Source: Macrostomum lignano (taxonomy: Eukaryota). From it: a stretch of DNA of 64,000 bases. Shown piece after piece: positions 12,601-22,772 of the stretch. The stretch's first letter is position 1. The number at the start of each line of letters is the position of its first letter. The position numbers and the translations under genes are program-made. The notes below the pieces were generated by a model. It was not told where the DNA came from. It did not search any database and saw only the letters and a list, made by a program, of their open reading frames with translations. The DNA is taken from the NCBI GenBank assembly GCA_002269645.1, contig NIVC01000907.1:62001-126000 (forward strand). The letters are read 5' to 3'.

Positions 12601-13467
12601 CTTCGATAGCTATCTTGGTGGTAAGCGTAGCAGCCCAGGAGTTTGAGCACTGCCATTACATGACAATCGCAGCCTGCAGTCCTACCTCCAGCTTTTGCTG
12701 ACGAGTAGTAGCCATGAAGAAGTTGCAATCCTGGATCTCTAAAACCAAAGCGATTGTCCGCTGCTGTCACTCACTCTTAAGAATCACGCGGTAGGATTTC
12801 GAATTATGGCGCGAGAAAACGACAGCTAGAAAAAATCCAAGACGGATGCCACCGACCGAATCGGTTGCTCCAGTTTTCTGGCTGCGTCTCTTACCGAAAC
12901 TTCCAATACTTGAGGTGGCTCGGAAGTTCGGATGTGAGCGACTCAAAGTCTCTCCAGGAGTCACCTTCGTAGACCGAGAACCTCATTGACACGAATGTTT
13001 TGAATGTAATCATCGGCTTGATATAGTTGATACGGACCCACCGAAACATCTGTCAAATTCTGTGTGAATTCGGGGAACCCCGAGCTTTTTGGATCCAGCG
13101 GGTTTTCGGCAATCCATGCCGTTGTGTTAGCAGGGGGGACACGCGTCAGATCACAGTTGAAGTGCAGCTGCTCAATTTCGTCCAGTTTATTGGACAAGAG
13201 CACTCGGCGCATGAACTTCTGACCGAATTCGAACAACGATAGCCCTGTCCATGACGTTGGCAGCTGTTTAAATGATTCAAAACGTGGAAACGCCCGATTG
13301 TACTTTGCCATCGAGTTCTCGATAACGTCTAATTGGCTGCGCTCGCTGAAGCCGGCTGACTGCAGCCACTGATTCGGTTTGTGCCTCTCGTTAAAACATT
13401 TGTCCTGCCTAATGGCAGCAAAGCAGCACTCAATGACATACCGGAACATAGTGGCACAGCGAATGTC
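12601..13467 (-). pseudogene. C-terminal half of a DDE transposase (PIF/Harbinger-ISL2EU-Spy-clade-like) with SWIM-like zinc finger, probably spliced
   Basis: DIRCATMFRYVIE resembles the R...RWxVE region holding the third catalytic residue; GPYQLYQADDY; FSRHNSKSYRVIL; GYYSSAKAGGRTAGCDCHVMAVL resembles WYCxCKxGxRxVGCCxHV. Plausible GTAAGA...TTTTCTAG intron at 12894-12826. The 5' part is missing. Confidence 0.7.
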
Positions 13468-13729
13468 TCGGCGATTCTAGTCGTCTGGGCCGACAAGTTA
13501 TCGATTGCAGTCGCTTTGGTCCCGAGCTGAACTTCGGGCTCCATTCCAGAACCTTAAGTTGACATGAGATCCCCATTTTATCCCCTTTATCCCCTGGGAC
13601 CCCAAGGAAAAGACCCGGATGGGATGTCTCGGCGATTCTAGTCGTCTGGGCCGACAAGTTATCGATTGCAGTCGGTTTGGTCCGGAGCTGAACTTCGGTC
13701 TCCATTCTGGTGCTTAAGTTGACATCCCC
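13461..13729 (-). repeat. Right TIR region of element copy 1, two tandem about 161-bp sub-repeats
   Basis: ATGTCTCGGCGATTCTAGTCGTCTGGGCCGACAAG at 13463 and 13624. Confidence 0.9.
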
Positions 13730-13785
13730 TTTCGTGCTTTCACGAACTTCTGAGAGCAGCTCTGAGAGTAAAGTCGTAATTAAAA

Positions 13786-14141
13786 ACTCTACTGACTGGG
13801 CCTCTACTGACTGCGACTCTACTGACTGGGCCTCTGCTGACTGGGCCTCTGCTGACTGGGACTCTACTGACTGGGCCTTTGCTGACTGGGACTCTACTGA
13901 CTGGGCCTCTGCTGACTGGGACTCTACTGACTGGGACTCTGCTGACTGGGACTCTACTGACTGGTACTCTACTGACTGGGACTCTACTGACTGGGACTCT
14001 ACTGACTGGGACTCTACTGACTGGGACTCTACTGACTGGGACTCTGCTGACTGGGCCTCTGCTGACTGGGACTCTACTGACTGGGCCTCTGCTGACTGGG
14101 CCTCTGCTGACTGGGCCTCTGCTGACTGGGACTCTTCTGAC
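13786..14141. repeat. 15-bp minisatellite, short array (about 24 units)
   Basis: Same ACTGACTGGGACTCT unit with the same entry (TAAAAACTCT) and exit (GACTCGAATTC) sequences. Confidence 0.97.
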
Positions 14142-15297
14142 TCGAATTCTGCAGACTCTTATCATTTCTCTTATCATTTTGTATGAGATATGACATATTA
14201 AATTCGGATTCCATTCTAAGACATACATGTAATAAAAAGTCTATAAGAGGAACTTGTATGTATTATTTGGTTAAAATTTAAGTTCCACTATGTTCTGAAG
14301 GTTCATTGTTTGTCATATTTTTTGGGTTTTACTTAGTTAATTGTACATGTATTTTTTCTTGATTTAATGTACATGAGCCAACCCCCTCAATTTGCTAACC
14401 CCACCCCACGTTAAATAATAATTAAAAAGGCGTGATTTTTGGTAAGCGTGTTTTTGCTAACTTGTTTGTTTTGTTTGCGTTCGCGAGAACGCAGAGGTAT
14501 TGAAGGCTACAGACATCCGATTTTGCCTACTTAATTACTTGTTGGTTTCGAAGAGTTAGTCGATTTAACACACTATACTCGTACTAAAAATGGTTTGTCG
14601 GTAGATATATGTGATCGATTTTTTAATTTTCGACTAAATTTGTACAAAATTTTATGTTGCCAGCTCAGTGCCGCTTCCTGAAAGCAGGGCCAACGGTCAT
14701 GTGCTTCTGTCACGTTCGATAGCGCCTTCTTGAGTTGTTTTGCATCGAACTTGGAATCTAAGAGCTTCAGAGATTAAGAGCTTGTCAATCATGAAACTCT
14801 GTTTAGCTAGTATAGTATATGAGTATAGTATATAGTATATGTAGTATATGAACATTTACAGGTAGATTTTTAGGAGATTTTGGAGGAACCGCAAAAGATT
14901 GAGATTTTGTTGTCATGGTAACGAACAAAAGTCCGTATGAACAGCCTCCAGCGTGCCAGCACACAGCTCAAAAGCAGATGGATTGCATCTAAGCCAGTTT
15001 CGCTTATTTTTGCAGGCGTGGAGAAAATTTCAAATCTTAGTTAACGCCATGCGAATTAACTCTGCTTCATCAATCAAACTCAATCCAGGGACATGAAAAT
15101 TTATTGCAACCTGAGCAGAAAGTCGAATAATTTTCTGGGAGCTGCTTGACAAGCAGTGCGTGATTTAAACGATTGCAGCCGTGTTTTATGGGATCTTGAA
15201 TCTATAAATATAACACTGAGCAATGGCACAAAATCAAGCCTACAAATCCTCCTACAAGATTATCGGCTGCAACAAGTTCACATCTTCAAGAAACAGC

Positions 15298-15447
15298 ATG
15301 CGAGTTCTGTTTGCTCTGTTGGTCCTCATCGTTGCGCTGTTGGCAACTGTAAATGCAGATGATCTCTGTGGTCCACTCTGTTACTGCATAAACGAGATCT
15401 GCCTCGGTGATTCGCCGTCATGCAAGGGCGACACTTGCAGGAGGTAG
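15298..15447 (+). CDS. Secreted six-Cys peptide precursor, copy 2 (identical protein to copy 1)
   Basis: Identical translation, TATA and poly(A) context. Confidence 0.8.
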   Translation: MRVLFALLVLIVALLATVNADDLCGPLCYCINEICLGDSPSCKGDTCRR

Positions 15448-15648
15448 AGATGAAAAGCAACGAGTTCTATTCTGCGTTCTGCACAGCTCACGCCGTCAGA
15501 ATGCTACTGACAATACTTACTGAAAGATCTCTGTGTGGAATATGAAAAATAAACAGTGACTTTTCGAATATCCGAGTTCACTTCGGTGATTGCATTAAGC
15601 GCTGTTTCTTGGCTTTTCTTGTTTTGGGGAAGAAACTCTGAGAGCAAA

Positions 15649-18049
15649 GGGGATGTCAACTTAAGCACCAGAATGGAGCCCGAAGTTCAGCTCCGGACCA
15701 AACCGACTGCAATCGATAACTTGTCGGCCCAGACGACTAGAATCGCCGAGACATCCCATCCGGGTCCCTTCCTTGGGGTCCCAGGGGATAAAGGGGATAA
15801 AATGGGAATCTCATGTCAACTTAAGTCTCTAGAATGGAGCCCAAAGCAAGGCTCCGGATGCTTTTTTAAACAAAATGAAACGGTATGGTCATTAGTTTGC
15901 AGAAAGGGTTTTTGTGTAAACATTCTCGCAGATGATCCCATGGGTCTCTTTATACTTGCAGCAGGGCTCCAAGGACAACTAAGTTTAATGAAGTGACTTC
16001 AGTGGTCCTTGGATTGCTCATGAACGAATGGATTGTAGTTTTTTGGAACTCTCATGTCGTCCAGCTTATTCCATACTCTATCTTTCAGGACACAAGATGT
16101 ATAGTGCCCTTTCAAGGGCGTACTATACCGTAATGGGACACTGTGAACATTGGACATCCCAAGCTGGAGATGTTACCTGCTCGGATTGTCCAACAGACTT
16201 GCGTATTCAGTTTTTGACCATCGGTTCCAATGCGATCTATATGCATCAGGGTCACTCTGCCGTTAGAGACCTGATCAGCTGCACAGTTGGTGTTGGTGCA
16301 TGGGACGTGCTTTGGTGCCGTAAAAGCAGCGTAGAGACCGTCTAGAATTAACGGCGCGGTTGAAAACTCCTGCAAGGAGATGCTGAGGATACGACTATCC
16401 AGAACTCCTATGGGCAGCTCATCCGTGCTAGTCAGGCAACTACCGCACGTGTAAATTCGATTAGGCAATGACGCTGCTGCTGCGACTCTGGCAGAATGCA
16501 CTGTTAGCAGCAGTGTTGCTGTCTTGGCGCAAACTGCTGCGGATATCGGCTTCGGTTGGCTTCGAAAAGTTGATCTACGCTTGCTCAGTCGCCATAGACG
16601 TCATCAGGTTTGTCATTGCGATGTTCACTGCCCCACCTCTGAGCGGCTGAAAGAGCTGGACTTTGCTGCTGATGCAGTGAAGCAGTGCAAAAACAATTGC
16701 GTAGCACTGCTGACCATGGTTTTGAAGACCAAAGACTCTTGAAGACTGAGGCTTGGATCCTGAGCTTCTGCTGGCTGACTGAAACGCCTCTTGCTGGCCG
16801 CTAAACTGTTGCTCAGTAGGCTTTCGCTGCTGTGGTAAAGCATTTTCTCTGGCATGAAGACTGGCAACAAGGAAGGCTGCGTGGAAGAGCGGAATCAACA
16901 AAGCGAAGGCTAGTACCAGACCTTCGATAGCTATCTTGGTGGTAAGCGTAGCAGTCCAGGAGTTTGAGCACTGCCATTACATGACAATCGCAGCCTGCAG
17001 TCCTACCTCCAGCTTTTGCTGACGAGTAGTAGCCATGAAGAAGTTGCAATCCTGGATCTCTAAAACCAAAGCGATTGTCCGCTGCTGTCACTCACTCTTA
17101 AGAATCACGCGGTAGGATTTCGAATTATGGAGCGAGAAAACGACAGCTAGAAAAAATCCAAGACGGATGCCACCGACCGAATCGGTTGCTCCAGTTTTCT
17201 GGCTGCGTCTCTTACCGAAACTTCCAATACTTGAGGTGGCTCGGAAGTTCGGATGTGAGTGACTCAAAGTCTCTCCAGGAGTCACCTTCGTAGACCGAGA
17301 ACCTCATTGACACGAATGTTTTGAATGTAATCATCGGCTTGATATAGTTGATACGGACCCACCGAAACATCTGTCAGATTCTGTGTGAATTCGGGGAACC
17401 CCGAGCTTTTTGGATCCAGCGGGTTTTCGGCAATCCATGCCGTTGTGTTAGCAGGGGGGACACGCGTCAGATCACAGTTGAAGTGCAGCTGCTCAATTTC
17501 GTCCAGTTTATTGGACAAGAGCACTCGGCGCATGAACTTCTGACCGAATTCGAACAACGATAGCCCTGTCCATGACGTTGGCAGCTGTTTAAATGATTCA
17601 AAACGTGGAAACGCCCGATTGTACTTTGCCATCGAGTTCTCGATAACGTCTAATTGGCTGCGCTCGCTGAAGCCAGCTGACTGCAGCCACTGATTCGGTT
17701 TGTGCCTCTCGTTAAAACATTTGTCCTGCCTAATGGCAGCAAAGCAGCACTCAATGACATACCGGAACATAGTGGCACAGCGAATGTCTCGGCGATTCTA
17801 GTCGTCTGGGCCGACAAGTTATCGATTGCAGTCGCTTTGGTCCCGAGCTGAACTTCGGGCTCCATTCCAGAACCTTAAGTTGACATGAGATCCCCATTTT
17901 ATCCCCTTTATCCCTGGGACCCCAAGGAAAAGACCCGGATGGGATGTCTCGGCGATTCTAGTCGTCTGGGCCGACAAGTTATCGATTGCAGTCGGTTTGG
18001 TCCGGAGCTGAACTTCGGGCTCCATTCTGGTGCTTAAGTTGACATCCCC
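15649..18049 (-). mobile_element. 2.4-kb TIR transposon, copy 2 (transposase C-terminus, SWIM and USP-like)
   Basis: Same termini and AAA/TTT flanks; about 9 differences from copy 1, including a TGA before the His box and SRH changed to SLH. Confidence 0.85.
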
Positions 18050-18105
18050 TTTCGTGCTTTCACGAACTTCTGAGAGCAGCTCTGAGAGTAAAGTCGTAAT
18101 TAAAA

Positions 18106-20191
18106 ACTCTACTGACTGGGCCTCTGCTGACTGGGACTCTACTGACTGGGACTCTGCTGACTGGGACTCTACTGACTGGGCCTTTGCTGACTGGGACTCT
18201 ACTGACTGGGCCTCTGCTGACTGGGACTCTACTGACTGGGACTCTGCTGACTGGGACTCTACTGACTGGGACTCTACTGACTGGGACTCTACTGACTGGG
18301 ACTCTACTGACTGGGACTCTACTGACTGGGACTCTACTGACTGGGACTCTACTGACTGGGACTCTACTGACTGGGACTCTACTGACTGGGACTCTACTGA
18401 CTGGGACTCTACTGACTGGGACTCTACTGACTGGGACTCTACTGACTGGGACTCTACTGACTGGGACTCTACTGACTGGGACTCTACTGACTGGGACTCT
18501 ACTGACTGGGACTCTACTGACTGGGACTCTACTGACTGGGACTCTACTGACTGGGCCTCTGCCGATTGGGACTCTACTGACTGGGACTCTACTGACTGGG
18601 CCTCTGCTGACTGCGACTCTACTGACTGGGCCTCTGCTGACTGGGCCTCTGCTGACTGGGACTCTACTGACTGGGCCTCTGCTGACTGGGACTCTACTGA
18701 CTGGGACTCTACTGACTGTGACTCTATGACTGGGACTCTGCTGATTGGGACTCTACTGACTGGGACTCTACTGACTGGGACTCTGCTGACTGGGACTCTA
18801 CTGACTGGGTCTCTACTGACTGGGACTCTACTGACTGGGACTCTACTGACTGGGACTCTACTGACTGGGACTCTACTGACTGGGACTCTACTGACTGGGA
18901 CTCTACTGACTGGGACTCTACTGACTGGGACTCTACTGACTGGGACTCTACTGACTGGGACTCTACTGACTGGGACTCTACTGACTGGGACTCTACTGAC
19001 TGGGCCTCTGCCGACTGGGACTCTACTGTCTGGGACTCTACTGACTGGGCCTCTGCTGACTGCGACTCTACTGACTGGGCCTCTGCTGACTGGGCCTCTG
19101 CTGACTGGGACTCTACTGACTGGGACTCTACTGACTGTGACTCTATGACTGGGACTCTGCTGACTGGGACTCTACTGACTTGGACTCTACTGACTGGGAC
19201 TCTACTGACTGGGACTCTGCTGACTGGGACTCTACTGACTGGGACTCTACTGACTGGGACTCTACTGACTGGGACTCTACTGACTGGGCCTCTGCCGACT
19301 GGGACTCTACTGACTGGGACTCTACTGCAGGACTGGGCCTCTGCCGACTGGGACTCTACTGACTGGGACTCTACTGACTGGGACTCTACTGACTGGGACT
19401 CTACTGACTGGGACTCTGCTGACTGGGACTCTACTGACTGGGACTCTACTGACTGGGACTCTACTGACTGGGACTCTACTGACTGGGCCTCTGCCGACTG
19501 GGACTCTACTGACTGGGACTCTACTGCAGGACTGGGCCTCTGCCGACTGGGACTCTACTGACTGGGACTCTACTGACTGGGCCTCTGCTGACTGGGCCTC
19601 TGCTGACTGGGACTCTACTGACTGGGACTCTATGACTGGGACTCTGCTGACTGGGACTCTACTGACTGGGACTCTACTGACTGGGACTCTACTGACTGGG
19701 CCTCTGCTGACTGGGACTCTACTGACTTGGCCTCTGCTGACTGGGACTCTACTGACTGGGTCTCTGCTGACTGCGACTCTACTGACTGGGCCTCTGCTGA
19801 CTGGGACTCTATGACTGGGCCTCTGCTGACTGGGACTCTACTGACTGGGCCTTTGCTGACTGGGACTCTACTGACTGGGCCTCTGCTGACTGGGCCTCTG
19901 CTGACTGGGACTCTGCTGACTGGGCCTCTGCTGACTGGGCCTCTGCTGACTGGGACTCTGCTGACTGGGCCTCTGCTGACTGCGACTCTACTGACTGGGC
20001 CTCTGCTGACTGCGACTCTACTGACTGGGCCTCTGCTGACTGGGACTCTACTGACTGGGCCTCTGCTGACTGGGCCTCTGCTGACAGGGATTCTTCGGAC
20101 TGGGCCTCTGCTGACTGGGACTCTACTGACTGGGCCTCTGCTGACTGGGCCTCTGCTGACTGGGCCTCTGCTGACTGGGACTCTTCTGACT
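18106..20191. repeat. 15-bp minisatellite, about 2.1-kb array
   Basis: Same unit and same boundaries as the other two arrays. Confidence 0.97.
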
Positions 20192-21347
20192 CGAATTCTG
20201 CAGACTCTTATCATTTCTCTTATCATTTTGTATGAGATATGACATATTAAATTCGGATTCCATTCTAAGACATACATGTAATAAAAAGTCTATAAGAGGA
20301 ACTTGTATGTATTATTTGGTTAAAATTTAAGTTCCACTATGTTCTGAAGGTTCATTGTTTGTCATATTTTTTGGGTTTTACTTAGTTAATTGTACATGTA
20401 TTTTTTCTTGATTTAATGTACATGAGCCAACCCCCTCAATTTGCTAACCCCACCCCACGTTAAATAATAATTAAAAAAGGCGTGATTTTTGGTAAGCGTG
20501 TTTTTGCTAACTTGTTTGTTTTGTTTGCGTTCGCGAGAACGCAGAGGTATTGAAGGCTACAGACATCCGATTTTGCCTACTTAATTACTTGTTGGTTTCG
20601 AAGAGTTAGTCGATTTAACACACTATACTCGTACTAAAAATGGTTTGTCGGTAGATATATGTGATCGATTTTTTAATTTTCGACTAAATTTGTACAAAAT
20701 TTTATGTTGCCAGCTCAGTGCCGCTTCCTGAAAGCAGGGCCAACGGTCATGTGCTTCTGTCACGTTCGATAGCGCCTTCTTGAGTTGTTTTGCATCGAAC
20801 TTGGAATCTAAGAGCTTCAGAGATTAAGAGCTTGTCAATCATGAAACTCTGTTTAGCTAGTATAGTATATGAGTATAGTATATAGTATATGTAGTATATG
20901 AACATTTACAGGTAGATTTTTAGGAGATTTTGGAGGAACCGCAAAAGATTGAGATTTTGTTGTCATGGTAACGAACAAAAGTCCGTATGAACAGCCTCCA
21001 GCGTGCCAGCACACAGCTCAAAAGCAGATGGATTGCATCTAAGCCAGTTTCGCTTATTTTTGCAGGCGTGGAGAAAATTTCAAATCTTAGTTAACGCCAT
21101 GCGAATTAACTCTGCTTCATCAATCAAACTCAATCCAGGGACATGAAAATTTATTGCAACCTGAGCAGAAAGTCGAATAATTTTCTGGGAGCTGCTTGAC
21201 AAGCAGTGCGTGATTTAAACGATTGCAGCCGTGTTTTATGGGATCTTGAATCTATAAATATAACACTGAGCAATGGCACAAAATCAAGCCTACAAATCCT
21301 CCTACAAGATTATCGGCTGCAACAAGTTCACATCTTCAAGAAACAGC

Positions 21348-21497
21348 ATGCGAGTTCTGTTTGCTCTGTTGGTCCTCATCGTTGCGCTGTTGGCAACTGT
21401 AAATGCAGATGATCTCTGTGGTCCACTCTGTTACTGCATAAACGAGATCTGCCTCGGTGATTCGCCGTCATGCAAGGGCGACACTTGCAGGGTGTAG
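21348..21497 (+). CDS. Secreted six-Cys peptide precursor, copy 3 (C-terminus CRV instead of CRR)
   Basis: Identical to copy 1 except the last codon (AGG to GTG); AATAAA retained. Confidence 0.8.
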   Translation: MRVLFALLVLIVALLATVNADDLCGPLCYCINEICLGDSPSCKGDTCRV

Positions 21498-21839
21498 AGA
21501 TGAAAAGCAACGAGTTCTATTCTGCGTTCTGCAGAGCTCACACCGTCAGGACGCTACTGACAATACTTACTGAAAGATCTCTGTGTGGAATATGAAGAAT
21601 AAACAGTGACTTTTCGAATATCCGAGTTCACTTCGGTGATTGCATTAGGCGCTGTTTCTTGAATTTGCTATTGTTGTGAGGAAGGATTAAAGTCTGAGTG
21701 AAAATTGCGTGTTTCATCTGTCTGTACGGAAACTGAAGTAAGAAAACAACAGAGCAGAGCTTTGACAGAGCCGGCGCAGCTTGGACTAGACGGAAGAAAA
21801 GAACAATTTATGGGTCTGATCGTCTCGTAATGTTCAAGA

Positions 21840-22170
21840 CAAAGAGGAAGAAAGGAAGAGAGCAGAAGAGAGAGTGAGAGATTGGAGGATCCTCAGAGGG
21901 AGGGGAGAGAGGAGAGAGGGGGCGAGAGGAGAGAGGAAGAAGAGGGAGCTAAAAAGAAAAGATACAGAGAGAGGGACAGACGGGGAGACGTAGGCAGAAA
22001 GAGAGGAAGAGTGAGAGACGGAGATAGAATGAGGAAGAAAGAGAGGGCAGAGAGAGGGAAGAGGGAGAGAGAGGGGAGACGAAAAGAGAGAGCAGAGATG
22101 GGAGAGAGAGAAAGAAGATATTGGGAGAGACAGGAGAAAGGAGAGGGGAGAAAGGAGGACACCTCCAATC
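21840..22170. repeat. GA-rich polypurine low-complexity tract
   Basis: Almost exclusively G/A on the + strand. Confidence 0.85.
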
Positions 22171-22772
22171 TGAGGTGAAAAAGGTCTGATAAGTCAATTT
22201 AGGTAATATTGCCGATATTTCGGATTTGGTAAATTCTTCGTCAGGATGAGTACAGTAAAGTTTATTTGCGCAAGTTGCCGTCAATATTTGAAGGCGGGAA
22301 CTCCTGGAAGGAGAAGATCGGTGAGGGGAGAGAGAAACAAGAGTACAAGCGCATAAAACAGTACGTAAGTCTCATCACATGTACAATATAAAATGAATCA
22401 GAGACTTTTAGAAGAACAGATTGATGGCTAAAAGTAGAGTACGCTCGTACGAGCTACAAAGGTCTTACAGACCCTTAGCAGAGAAATAAATGTTTACAGA
22501 ATAAATAGACGAAGTATGATGAGTAACAGATCAAAATAAATAGAATGAATGAAAAAATATAAACTGAATAATAAATACCTTAGTAAATGGCTAGAACTAT
22601 ACGCTCGTACAGTTTGGCCATAACGATAAATGATCCGTAGAGTTCCGGTGCACCGCGCACGGCGCCAGTATCAACAAACAAGTGCACACAATAGCAGAGG
22701 AGCAGAAAAATCACTGAGTAAACTCTTAGAAAGAACAAAAATGATAGCAAGTGAAAGGGCATCATGTAAGAG

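Larger units (their letters stand above)
11329..13729 (-). mobile_element. 2.4-kb TIR DNA transposon, copy 1 (Spy-like/PHIS-clade, internally deleted), carrying a transposase C-terminus and a USP-like protease
   Basis: About 190-bp TIRs starting GGGGATGTCAACTTAAGCACCAGAATGGAG (11329) and ending GTTGACATCCCC (13729); flanks AAA and TTT, no TSD; transposase motifs inside. Confidence 0.85.
9821..21661. repeat. Tandem segmental amplification: [15-bp array + about 1.47-kb unique segment with peptide gene] x3, separated by the 2.4-kb TIR element x2
   Basis: The unique segment starting ...GAATTCTGCAGACTCTTATC recurs at about 9821, 14141 and 20191 (offsets 4320 and 10370); ORF translations repeat. 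Copy 3 leaves the alignment at 21661. Confidence 0.97.

Noticed and set aside
18030-19148. 372-aa ORF running from the TIR into a DWDST pentapeptide repeat
   Set aside because: Starts at a non-ATG codon inside the TIR and is open only because the unit lacks a stop in that frame; length differs in the other copy (158 aa).
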